NCBI GenBank assembly: GCA_041661745.1
Contig: JBAZTR010000004.1
Location: 12,961-76,960, forward strand
Source: Patescibacteria group bacterium
GTDB lineage: Bacteria; Patescibacteriota; Patescibacteriia; UBA9934; GWF2-40-263
Direction: 5' to 3'
DNA: 64,000 nt
The notes below the pieces were generated by a model that was given only the letters and a program-made list of their open reading frames with translations, did no database searches and was not told where the DNA came from. Below, piece by piece: positions 25,645-34,155 of the stretch (positions are counted from its first letter, which is position 1; each line of letters begins with the position of its first letter). The position numbers were made by a program, and so were the translations under genes.

Positions 25645-27786
25645 ATGGACGATGAAATTCTTCTCTTAAAAACCGCGGTAATTGAGGAAAACCGCGAAAA
25701 CGGCCGCGAAATAGCCATGGCCGTAACCTTGCCTGTGGAAAACCGCAACGGTTTTGTCTTTGGCGTGGCCGAAGCCAAAAGTCGTTCGGTTTTTGCCGAG
25801 GCAATCGCGCAAATTATCCACGATCGCCTAACCAAGTTGGCTGACACCCTGCAAGAAAGCATTAGTGTGCCCCGGCGCTTTGAACAAACTTTGGAAGCGA
25901 TCAACGAAGAAATCGCCGCTCGCGCCGCGGAAATGGAAACTTTTAATCCGGCTGACCTAAACGCCATTATTGGTTTGGCTGTTGATAAAACCTTGTATCT
26001 TTCCGGAACTGGCGAACTGCCGGCAATTTTTCTTCACAAATTGCCCGAGGGCAAATATCAGGTTTTCAATCTGGCCCGCAGTATTCAAACCGAACAAGCT
26101 TCCATAAGTTGGCAGAAAGTTTTTGTTGTGGTTTTGGATGGTGACTTAAATCCCGGTGATGTTTTCTGTGTCTGCAGTCGCGATTTGCAACGCGAAATGC
26201 CGCCCGAAGAATTACACTCGCTTTTGGCCACCCTGCCCCCGCAAAGCGCGGCCGTAAAGTTGCGTCAATATTTTCCTTTAGAAATCGACCTTTCCATGTT
26301 TATCTTGCGCGTCGGTGGTGACGAAGAACGCACACATATCTCCGCGCCAGCTTCTTTAAAGCAACTGCAGGCGTCGCGCGAACAAACAAAACGAGTGTTG
26401 TCCGATCAAAAACCAACTTTTTTCAAAACTCTTTTTGCCTGGGCTTTCACCTTATTAAAAGATCAGCGTGGTTTTGCTCGACTTCTTAAAAGTTTTATCC
26501 GAATTCTTATTAGCGCTGTCATAATTGTCTTTTCCATGCTGCACGATTTGGTAATGTGGCTGGTTCGTTTAGTTCGACGCCTAATTTCACCCGATAGAAA
26601 AGAAGTGTTTGCCGAAACCAAAGCGCGTTTTGATGGTGGCCGGCAGTTTGTTCGTGAAAAATTTCACCGCTTACCAAAAACCAGCCGATATCTTTTACTC
26701 GCAGCCGTAGCTTTGATTATTATTATCGTGGCCAGTATTTTCATGATCTCTCGTGGCCGGGTGGCCAGCGAAGAGCGCGCAGCTTTTGAAGCCTCCATCA
26801 CTCGCGTTGAATCACTGCACGACGCCGCGGAAAGCGCTTTAATTTATAAGGACGAAGCTAAAGCTAAATCCTTATTAACTCAAGCGGAAACAGCTTTGAA
26901 CGCCATTGTTACTGACGACAAGGAACAGCTGGCCCGCATTGCCGAAGTTAAAGCTGAAGTCTCGGGCACGGCCAACGAACTGCGCCGCGTGGTAGAAGTT
27001 GAAAATCCTGAAGTTATGGCCAGTGTGGCCGCCCCGTTAGTTTTGTCGGCCATGACCGCGGCTAACAACAACATTTATATTTTTGGTAATGATAAAAACG
27101 TTTACATCTTAAATTCCAACGACAAAAAATTGGATTACGCCGCGGGCATTGAATTTAGCGCGGCCGCGGGCGCGACGACTGATGGCAGCATGATGCTTTG
27201 GCTTGATGACAAATCGGTTATTAATCTTTTTGACACCGCCCCTAATGGAACACCGAAAGTTGGCACCAGTGCCCCGACCGGCGAAACCTGGGTTGATCTT
27301 TATGCTTATGGCGATCGGGTTTACGTTTTGTCGCCAGGCAGCGGTTTAACCTCGCAAGTTTACAAACTAATCCGCACTGGCACTGATCTTGGCGGAGCCA
27401 CGGCTTGGATTAAGTCACCTATCACCGAACTTTCCGACGCCGTTTCTTTGGCTGTCGATGGCACAGTCTTTATTCTCCGCTCCAATGGAAACGTTTTGCG
27501 CTTCGTAAGCGGTCGCGATGTTGCTTGGTCACAAGCGGCCATTGAACCGGCTCTAACTTCAGCCACCGACATCTGGACCTCGGCCGAAAGCTCGTATGTT
27601 TATGTTCTCGACCCCGCCGGCCAGCGCCTGGTGGTTTACGAAAAAGAAACCGGCCTCTTAATCGCACAATATCATTCCTCGACCTTCGCCAACCTCACCG
27701 ACTTCTCTGTTGACGAAGCGAATAAGACAATTTATCTCACGGGAACAAACAATGTTTACAAGATCAGTGCTACGCATATTAAATAA
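25645..27786 (+). CDS. Large hypothetical protein with central TM helix and C-terminal beta-rich (propeller-like) region
   Basis: 713 aa with a central hydrophobic helix (YLLLAAVALIIIIVASIFMI). The C-terminus has repeated Y/W-x-x-D/N beta-strand-like patterns. Confidence 0.4.
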   Translation: MDDEILLLKTAVIEENRENGREIAMAVTLPVENRNGFVFGVAEAKSRSVFAEAIAQIIHDRLTKLADTLQESISVPRRFEQTLEAINEEIAARAAEMETFNPADLNAIIGLAVDKTLYLSGTGELPAIFLHKLPEGKYQVFNLARSIQTEQASISWQKVFVVVLDGDLNPGDVFCVCSRDLQREMPPEELHSLLATLPPQSAAVKLRQYFPLEIDLSMFILRVGGDEERTHISAPASLKQLQASREQTKRVLSDQKPTFFKTLFAWAFTLLKDQRGFARLLKSFIRILISAVIIVFSMLHDLVMWLVRLVRRLISPDRKEVFAETKARFDGGRQFVREKFHRLPKTSRYLLLAAVALIIIIVASIFMISRGRVASEERAAFEASITRVESLHDAAESALIYKDEAKAKSLLTQAETALNAIVTDDKEQLARIAEVKAEVSGTANELRRVVEVENPEVMASVAAPLVLSAMTAANNNIYIFGNDKNVYILNSNDKKLDYAAGIEFSAAAGATTDGSMMLWLDDKSVINLFDTAPNGTPKVGTSAPTGETWVDLYAYGDRVYVLSPGSGLTSQVYKLIRTGTDLGGATAWIKSPITELSDAVSLAVDGTVFILRSNGNVLRFVSGRDVAWSQAAIEPALTSATDIWTSAESSYVYVLDPAGQRLVVYEKETGLLIAQYHSSTFANLTDFSVDEANKTIYLTGTNNVYKISATHIK

Positions 27787-27838
27787 TCCCAAAACAAAAA
27801 CCACCGGCCTAAACCGATGGTTTTTTGTTTGGTTGAAA

Positions 27839-28237
27839 TTATTTCAATTCAGCCTTACCGCCAGCTTCTTCGATTTTCTTTTTCATTTCTTCGGCAGCGG
27901 CTTTGTCAACGCCTTCTTTGATCATCTTCGGGGCGCCGTCGACCAAATCCTTGGCTTCTTTAAGTCCAAGACCGGTCACTTCACGGACGACTTTGATGAC
28001 GCCGATTTTGTTGTCACCAGTGGCCGTCAACTCGACGTTGAAAGAGGTTTTCTCTTCAGCGGCGGCAGCACCACCAGGCGCGGCGGCCATCATCATAGCT
28101 GGAGCCGAGGCGGAAACGCCGAACTTCTCTTCAAGGACCTTAACCAATTCGGCCAGGTCAAGAACGGACATTTTTTCGATTTCTTCGACCAAAGCTTTGA
28201 ACTTGGCCGGGACTTCGACAATTTTTTCGTCAGACAT
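27839..28237 (-). CDS. rplL: 50S ribosomal protein L7/L12
   Basis: Canonical L7/L12 with an Ala-rich hinge and the C-terminal [27 protein letters not shown] motif. Confidence 0.95.
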   Translation of the reverse strand: MSDEKIVEVPAKFKALVEEIEKMSVLDLAELVKVLEEKFGVSASAPAMMMAAAPGGAAAAEEKTSFNVELTATGDNKIGVIKVVREVTGLGLKEAKDLVDGAPKMIKEGVDKAAAEEMKKKIEEAGGKAELK

Positions 28238-28240
28238 ATT

Positions 28241-28322
28241 TTTAGGTTCGAGTATGTAGTATGTAGTGGGTAGGCAATAGATTTAATGAAACTTTTGCCT
28301 ACATACTACCTACTACGTACTA
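28241..28322. repeat. Palindromic element PE-Y
   Basis: Lies between rplJ and rplL, immediately 5' of the rplL start. Confidence 0.85.
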
Positions 28323-28341
28323 AAAATCTTTAGTTATTTAA

Positions 28342-28866
28342 TTAAACCTTCTTTTCTTGCACCGCTTTAAGGACTGTCACCAGCCCGCGCAAGTTGCCGG
28401 CCAAGACATTAACGAATCCGGAGACTGGAGCATTGAGAGAACCGACCAATTTGGAAAGGAGTTCGATTTTGCTGGGCAAGGCTGCGAGTTTTTTGACCTC
28501 ACCGGCATCAACCAGTTTGCCCTCAAGCACGCCGCCCAAGATTTTTACCGTGTCCCTTGTTTTAACGAGGTTAGCCAAGACCTTGGCGGCCGAGACTTCA
28601 TCGTCGAAAGCAAAGGCGGAAAGAATACTGCCCTCAAAGCCGGAAGGATCAACGGCCTCTTGGCCGGCTTCCTTAGCCGCAATTTTGAGCAATGTCTTTT
28701 TTGATACCACGACTTCCACCCCGGCCTTGCGACCTTTGGTACGAAGATCATCGGCATCCTTCATGGTGAATCCGGAAATGGAGGCAAAGGCCGCCGCTTT
28801 CATGCGACGAAACTTGTCGGCCAAATCGGCCACCATGGCTTCTTTTTGTACGCGTGTTTTTGCCAT
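28342..28866 (-). CDS. rplJ: 50S ribosomal protein L10
   Basis: MAKTRVQKEAMVADLADKF… The track ORF extends 31 codons upstream to 28959, so the start is re-set to Met at 28866. Confidence 0.85.
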   Translation of the reverse strand: MAKTRVQKEAMVADLADKFRRMKAAAFASISGFTMKDADDLRTKGRKAGVEVVVSKKTLLKIAAKEAGQEAVDPSGFEGSILSAFAFDDEVSAAKVLANLVKTRDTVKILGGVLEGKLVDAGEVKKLAALPSKIELLSKLVGSLNAPVSGFVNVLAGNLRGLVTVLKAVQEKKV

Positions 28867-29109
28867 ATAGTATCGACCTTTAGAATTAAAATGTTTGATT
28901 TTGGATTCAGACATTTTAATTTTTAAATAAAAACTGCGGAATAAAGCCGCAGGAAACAATCTATCTGGAAGATCCAGATTTTTTGCCTCGACGAGACTTA
29001 TGCCTTTTGGGCGACTCGTGTTCTACGGCTATCTTTAGTTCGAAAACAGTATAAATCAAAAAGAAAAAGGCGTCAAGAGGACGCCAGGAAGCAAGGAGCA
29101 CGAAGCCGA

Positions 29110-29391
29110 TCAGGCAGTACTCGGATCTTGAAGAACAAAATCGTAGAAGACAAACCAGTTCCCGTGCGCCTTGAGGATATCGGCGATCTCCTGACCGGTC
29201 AGAGCTTCCCCGCGGAAATCCATGACTTCCCGCATGTGCCGATCGAGGCTACCTGAGCCCGGGGTGATGGCCTCGGGCTCAGGGTCTTCCTCTGTGGGGT
29301 AGACCGCGAAGTAGCCGGTGAAGAAGAGGTTGTCAGGAAGGTTCTCGAGAACCTCGACGGGAAGATGCGCATTGAGCGGAGGAAACGACAT
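29110..29391 (-). CDS. GC-rich hypothetical protein (93 aa), moron-like unit
   Basis: AAAGGAGG Shine-Dalgarno 6 nt before the ATG. About 60% GC. Confidence 0.45.
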   Translation of the reverse strand: MSFPPLNAHLPVEVLENLPDNLFFTGYFAVYPTEEDPEPEAITPGSGSLDRHMREVMDFRGEALTGQEIADILKAHGNWFVFYDFVLQDPSTA

Positions 29392-29458
29392 GAGGCACCT
29401 CCTTTTCGTGCGGTCATACTTTAGTCAAACAAAAAAGGGGCGTCAAGCCCCTTGCCTT

Positions 29459-30346
29459 TTAAATCTTCTGGCACTTGGGGCAGTAGGCACTGCCCCGCCC
29501 GCCGACTTTAATTTTTTTTAAAATAGTTTTACAACGCCGGCATGACTGCCCTTCCCGACCATAAACTTTTAATTGTTTTTGAAAAGTTCCTTCTTTTCCA
29601 AAAGCATCGATGTAAGCGTCGGCCGAAGTGCCGTGTGCGGCAACGGCTTTTTTTAAAACAGAAACCGTGCCTTGATAAAGTTTTTTCATTTGCTCGTCGG
29701 AAATCTTGCCAACCAAGGTCATGGGGTGAATTCCGGCAAACCACAAAGCTTCAGAGGCGTAAATGTTGCCAATGCCGGCAATGCAGGTTTGATCCAAAAG
29801 ATGGGGTTTAATTTTTTTCTTGGGGGCCGAACGCAAACACATGGCCATTTTTTGCCAAGTAAAACTTTTGTCGAGCGGCTCGGGCCCGTAAGCTTGGGCC
29901 TCAAGATATTCTTCCAAACCTTTCTTATCAACCAATTTCAAAAAACCGAATTTACGAAAATCATTCCAATGCATTTCCTTGCCGCCAGACAATTTGAAAA
30001 TGACGTGTGTATGTTTGTCGACTCCACTTTCCCCTCCCACTTCTTGTCCCGCCGAAGCCCGGCGAAGGAGGATGGGGGAGGGGTTAGGGGTGAGGGATCT
30101 AACCAAAAATCGACCCGACATTTTTAAATGTGCCAAAATAAAATAATCACCGGAAAGTTTAAAAATCAAAAGCTTGGCTCGGCGTTCAACGCCGATAAAC
30201 TTTTTTCCTTTAAGAAGTTGAACAAATTTTTTGGGTGGCAAATTAAGCCGTCCGGAAAAATTGACGACAACATCTTTTATAGTCGCACCAACAATTGCTT
30301 GAGAGAGCTGACGACGAACGGTTTCGACTTCTGGTAATTCTGGCAT
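29459..30346 (-). CDS. mutM: Formamidopyrimidine-DNA glycosylase (Fpg/MutM) carrying an in-frame PE-C insertion
   Basis: N-terminal MPELPEVETVRR and C-terminal zinc finger CRRCKTILKKIKVGGRGSAYCPKC. About 27 extra residues (SLTPNPSPILLRRASAGQEVGGESGVD) are encoded by PE-C repeat sequence at 30017..30100. Confidence 0.85.
   Translation of the reverse strand: MPELPEVETVRRQLSQAIVGATIKDVVVNFSGRLNLPPKKFVQLLKGKKFIGVERRAKLLIFKLSGDYFILAHLKMSGRFLVRSLTPNPSPILLRRASAGQEVGGESGVDKHTHVIFKLSGGKEMHWNDFRKFGFLKLVDKKGLEEYLEAQAYGPEPLDKSFTWQKMAMCLRSAPKKKIKPHLLDQTCIAGIGNIYASEALWFAGIHPMTLVGKISDEQMKKLYQGTVSVLKKAVAAHGTSADAYIDAFGKEGTFQKQLKVYGREGQSCRRCKTILKKIKVGGRGSAYCPKCQKI
30017..30100. repeat. PE-C element inserted in-frame within mutM
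   Basis: …cccctcccacttcttgtcccgccgaagcccggcgaaggaggatgggggaggggttaggggtgaggg… lies inside the mutM reading frame. Confidence 0.8.
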
Positions 30347-30382
30347 ACAGTGCCACGCCGGAGCCTGAAAGGCGAAGGCAGG

Positions 30383-30733
30383 TTATTTTTCCGAGGCCTG
30401 TTTTATGAAGTGGCTAGTCACCACGCCCACTGCCCAAAGGAAGATGGCTGCCAAAACGGCCGGCCAAAAACCTTCGATGGTAATTCCCTTCACCATCGTG
30501 CTCATGAACCAAAGCATACCGGCATTGATCACAAAGATAAACAAGCCAAGTGTAACTATCGTAATCGGTAAAGTCAGAATCAAAAGAATTGGACGAACCA
30601 AAGCGTTGATTAAACCGAGTACCAATGCGGCGATAAGTGCGGCATAAAACGATTCGACGTGGAAGCCGGGGATAATCATGGCCGCTGCCAGTAGGGCGAG
30701 GGCGTTGATTACCCATCTTAAAATAATGGTCAT
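30383..30733 (-). CDS. Small 4-TM membrane protein (YvlD / phage-holin-4-like family)
   Basis: 116 aa, four hydrophobic helices. The family call is tentative. Confidence 0.4.
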   Translation of the reverse strand: MTIILRWVINALALLAAAMIIPGFHVESFYAALIAALVLGLINALVRPILLILTLPITIVTLGLFIFVINAGMLWFMSTMVKGITIEGFWPAVLAAIFLWAVGVVTSHFIKQASEK

Positions 30734-30734
30734 A

Positions 30735-30835
30735 GTTTTTTGTTCAATTGTTCAAGTTGTTCAAGTTGTTCACTTTTGGTTTTAAAACCGATCCGATAGT
30801 GAACATTTTGAACATATGAACAATTTGAACGGATT
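30735..30835. repeat. Palindromic element (ttgttcaattgttcaagttgttcaagttgttca … tgaacattttgaacatatgaacaatttgaac)
   Basis: Tandem ttgttcaa units on the left arm and tgaaca units on the right arm. Single copy in this window. Confidence 0.6.
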
Positions 30836-30838
30836 AAA

Positions 30839-31042
30839 TTATTCTTCAAACTTCTTCTTCAACTCCTTAATTTTATTTTCAACTTCGGAAAGTTTGCCTT
30901 TACAAACTTTCGCGAGCTCAAGTCCGCGTTCAAACTTAGCCAGACCTTCATCAAGGTCGGCTTCGCCTTTTTCGAACCACTCGGTGATTTGTTCGAGCTC
31001 TTCAAAAGCTTTGGAAAAATTTACAGTTGTTTTTTTGGTCAT
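30839..31042 (-). CDS. xseB: Exodeoxyribonuclease VII small subunit
   Basis: 67-aa coiled-coil FEELEQITEWFEKGEADLDEGLAKFERGLELAK. Overlaps the xseA stop by 4 nt. Confidence 0.85.
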   Translation of the reverse strand: MTKKTTVNFSKAFEELEQITEWFEKGEADLDEGLAKFERGLELAKVCKGKLSEVENKIKELKKKFEE

Positions 31043-32247
31043 ATAAGTTTTAGTTTTCCTTTTCCATTAACTCGCAACACTTCGGCCCCAAGCGAACCTT
31101 CAGCTAATTGTACCCCGATTTCCGCGCCAATCTCAAGCGCAGCCGCGTCTTTGATTACCTTCCCTCTGGCTGTAACAATACTGTAGCCGCGGGCCAGAAC
31201 GCGTTTAGGATCAAGATTGGCCAGAACGCGGAACGAAGCAGCTAAACGATCTTTGAAACGCGGCAGCCAATTGTTAACACGATCAAACAAATTGTTGGTG
31301 AGATGTGATAATTTTTCTTTTTGACGATCAGCCGCGGAAAAAATAAGTTGAGTGGCGCGATCAATTAACATTTGCTTCTCGCCTAAAACATCACTTAAAC
31401 GATTTTCTAAATGTCGGGTCATGGTTTCAATTTCATAAAGAACCTCCTGGCGATTTGGGACAACTCGTTCAGCTGCGTTGGACGGTGTGGAAGCACGGAC
31501 ATCGGCGACAAAATCGCAGAGCGATTCGTCACGCTCGTGGCCAACGCCGCAAACCACGGGAATTTTGGAACCAAAAACCGCGCGGGTAACTTGTTCGTCG
31601 TTGAAGGCATGAAGATCTTCCAAGCTGCCGCCGCCGCGAGTTAGTACTAAAACTTCCGGCCGCTTATCATCGGGCAAAGAATTAAATTTTTCGAAAGCCT
31701 CAAGAATTTCCGGCACGGCTTCCCGCCCCTGCACATGCACGTGTGAGAATAAAACCTCAACCCCGCCCCAGCGATTATTTAAAATTCTGATAAAGTCGCC
31801 GTAAGCCGCGGCATCACGCGAAGTGATTAAACCAATCCGTTCGGGAAATCTTGGCAAGCGGCGTTTGCGCGAAATCTCAAATAAACCTTCGTCGGTTAAT
31901 TTCTTTTTTAAAAGTTCGTAAGCTTTTTTTAAAGCCCCGTCGCCAACAGCTTCCATTTTTTGCACTTCAATTTGAAAACCGCTCCACTTATTAATGGCCG
32001 GCGGTCCCCAAACTTTTACTTTCATGCCGTCCTCAAATACTCCGCTCACTTTAAAAGTCGTGGCAAAACAACCGACTTTGGCCGAGGGATCGTTTTCATC
32101 TTTCAGCGAAAACATTATCCACTTGCCGTCTTTTATTTTGTAATCAAAAATCTCGCCTTCCACGGCAAAAGAATAGCCATCAATGTTTAATTTCAAAACT
32201 TGGTTGGCTAATTTCAGGTATTCCGAAACTTGTAGGACAGGTTCCAT
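31039..32247 (-). CDS. xseA: Exodeoxyribonuclease VII large subunit
   Basis: N-terminal OB fold plus the ExoVII-large catalytic region. 402 aa. Operon with xseB. Confidence 0.85.
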   Translation of the reverse strand: MEPVLQVSEYLKLANQVLKLNIDGYSFAVEGEIFDYKIKDGKWIMFSLKDENDPSAKVGCFATTFKVSGVFEDGMKVKVWGPPAINKWSGFQIEVQKMEAVGDGALKKAYELLKKKLTDEGLFEISRKRRLPRFPERIGLITSRDAAAYGDFIRILNNRWGGVEVLFSHVHVQGREAVPEILEAFEKFNSLPDDKRPEVLVLTRGGGSLEDLHAFNDEQVTRAVFGSKIPVVCGVGHERDESLCDFVADVRASTPSNAAERVVPNRQEVLYEIETMTRHLENRLSDVLGEKQMLIDRATQLIFSAADRQKEKLSHLTNNLFDRVNNWLPRFKDRLAASFRVLANLDPKRVLARGYSIVTARGKVIKDAAALEIGAEIGVQLAEGSLGAEVLRVNGKGKLKLI

Positions 32248-32305
32248 AACCCAGCTATTTTACCAGAAAAATAAAAAACCCGCCTATCTGGGTGATGGCG
32301 GGCGG

Positions 32306-33472
32306 TCAGGCCGAGTACGAAGCGTCGAGGATCCCTTCCCAGTCGAGGTCGGGGTCGAAGGGGTCGATCACCGCGTTCCGGAAAGCCGAGAAGACGTCGG
32401 AGACCGAAAGTTCGTTGAGAAGCATCTCCTTGATCGTCGGCGTCGGACGCGAACGGAGTTGGTCGGCGATGGCGGCCAAGTCCTCATCACACAAAAGGGC
32501 GAACAAAGCCGTGGTGTTCACCTCTGGCATAATTTCGGCCAGGGCGTCGTAGACCGCTCCGAAGATGGCGTGGCCATGATCGGAAGGGTTGTTGATCGGG
32601 TAGAACTTGTACATGTGCCGACGTGCTTCTTCGAAGAGTCCGAAGGTCGGACCACGGCTGAAGGAAACTGCTCCAACTTCGGCCGACTCGCGAACCAGGG
32701 CGACGATGCAACGGGCGACTCGCTCACGCTGGCTTGCCCCCAACTTGTGCATAGCCTTGTGGATTTCCGCCATCTCGCTTTCTTCGAGACAGATCCAGCA
32801 ACCACCCTTCTGTATACGAATGACATCGTTGTAGTCGGCGAAGAGGTAGGCGATCTTGTCAGCGAACATGACGATCGCTTCCTCGAGCGAGAGGATGCCG
32901 GTAGTGAGATCTTTGGCCCCGCGCGAATGGCGATGCATGACTTGGAGCGTCTGCTTGGTCAGGTTAAGACCATGACCGGAACGCTCAATGTGCTGGGCCA
33001 CGACCAGTCCAAAAACCTCGTGACGGAAAGATCGGCCGGTTTTCTTGGCCAGAAACATTTCACCGGTATGGCCGAGCGGCGTGTGACCGATGTCGTGGCC
33101 AAGGGCCCCGGCCAAACAGAGCCACGGGTTGGCCCCAAGGGCAAAGGCCAGGGCGACGGCGATCGAGCAGACCTCGTCAGTGTGCGAACGCCTGGTACGA
33201 ATATGGAGATTGGTCGGGTCGGGCACAACCTGGGTGTGCCTGGCCGAACGACGCAGACCACGGCTTTGCATAAGCTTCAACGCCGCGTCAATCATGTATG
33301 GATCGATGCCCGGCTGACCGATGAAGATCCCATCGCCATCGTTGTCACGGTGAATGCGCCGGACCGCGACCTCGGGACCAGTGGCCAGGTGTTTAAGGCA
33401 GCCAATGAACGGCCGGAGCTCGTTGCGGAGGAGTCGAACATCTTCAGGGGAAATGATGGAGAGCAGGTTCAT
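32306..33472 (-). CDS. HD-domain dGTPase-family (Dgt-like) triphosphohydrolase, GC-rich
   Basis: RSHTDEVCSIAVALA…GALGHDIGHTPLGHTGE matches the dGTP triphosphohydrolase family H…HD…D signature. GC is about 60%, against about 44% background. Confidence 0.65.
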   Translation of the reverse strand: MNLLSIISPEDVRLLRNELRPFIGCLKHLATGPEVAVRRIHRDNDGDGIFIGQPGIDPYMIDAALKLMQSRGLRRSARHTQVVPDPTNLHIRTRRSHTDEVCSIAVALAFALGANPWLCLAGALGHDIGHTPLGHTGEMFLAKKTGRSFRHEVFGLVVAQHIERSGHGLNLTKQTLQVMHRHSRGAKDLTTGILSLEEAIVMFADKIAYLFADYNDVIRIQKGGCWICLEESEMAEIHKAMHKLGASQRERVARCIVALVRESAEVGAVSFSRGPTFGLFEEARRHMYKFYPINNPSDHGHAIFGAVYDALAEIMPEVNTTALFALLCDEDLAAIADQLRSRPTPTIKEMLLNELSVSDVFSAFRNAVIDPFDPDLDWEGILDASYSA

Positions 33473-33532
33473 AGTGGACTCCGATGAAAAGGAACAGTGG
33501 AGGAGTATCTAAACAAAAAAAGAACCGACTGT

Positions 33533-33582
33533 CTAGTCGATTCTGCCTAGTCTCCTAGCTTCCTACCCTCCTAGCCTCCTAA
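33533..33582. repeat. PE-T family element (cctagtctcctagcttcctaccctcctagcctcct)
   Basis: Identical 35-mer to the reverse complement of 41297..41331. Confidence 0.75.
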
Positions 33583-34043
33583 AAATAAACCGGCTGAAAA
33601 ACCGGCACCGCCAACCAAAATATAAAAGCAATAAGAAGAAGCGAAACCAAAACTTCGAGCCAAACGGTTTTCCCTTCCTTACGCCCCAACCAACCAAAAC
33701 CAAAAAGCGGGAAAAAAATAAAATCAAAAACCAACCAAACCAAACCAGTAAAAAACAAAAGGGTCAACGGCCCGTACGGTTGGCCGACAAAATCAAGCCA
33801 GCCTTTATCAGCAACAAAAGGGTAGGTGCTGCCAAAGACCATCCCCATCAAAATATGTAACAGAAGGCCGGTGGCAAAAGCTGCTAATTGCGACAGGCGC
33901 AAATCAAAAAAAGATTTTACATCAACCACTAGCGGCAAATTTTTAACCTTGCCGCGGCGAACAACTTCCGTGATTATCGCCGGCATGGAAACAAGGAAAG
34001 CCGCCAGGCCACCGACTGAAGCGCCTAAAATAATGTCGTTCAT
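33579..34043 (-). CDS. Integral membrane protein (4–5 TM)
   Basis: Hydrophobicity. 154 aa. Confidence 0.45.
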   Translation of the reverse strand: MNDIILGASVGGLAAFLVSMPAIITEVVRRGKVKNLPLVVDVKSFFDLRLSQLAAFATGLLLHILMGMVFGSTYPFVADKGWLDFVGQPYGPLTLLFFTGLVWLVFDFIFFPLFGFGWLGRKEGKTVWLEVLVSLLLIAFIFWLAVPVFQPVYF

Positions 34044-34062
34044 ATTTGTTTTTTTTGGACAC

Positions 34063-34150
34063 GAGTATGTAGTAAGTAGTGGGTAGGCAATAGATCTAAT
34101 TGGGAACTTTTGCCTACATACTACCTACTACTTACTACAATACTACATAC
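34063..34150. repeat. Palindromic element PE-Y
   Basis: Same orientation as the 2994 copy. Confidence 0.85.
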
Positions 34151-34155
34151 CCTGA

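Noticed and set aside
32183-33487. 434-aa plus-strand ORF overlapping the dGTPase-like gene
   Set aside because: An antisense shadow ORF in GC-rich DNA. The minus-strand product has the clear HD/dGTPase motifs.
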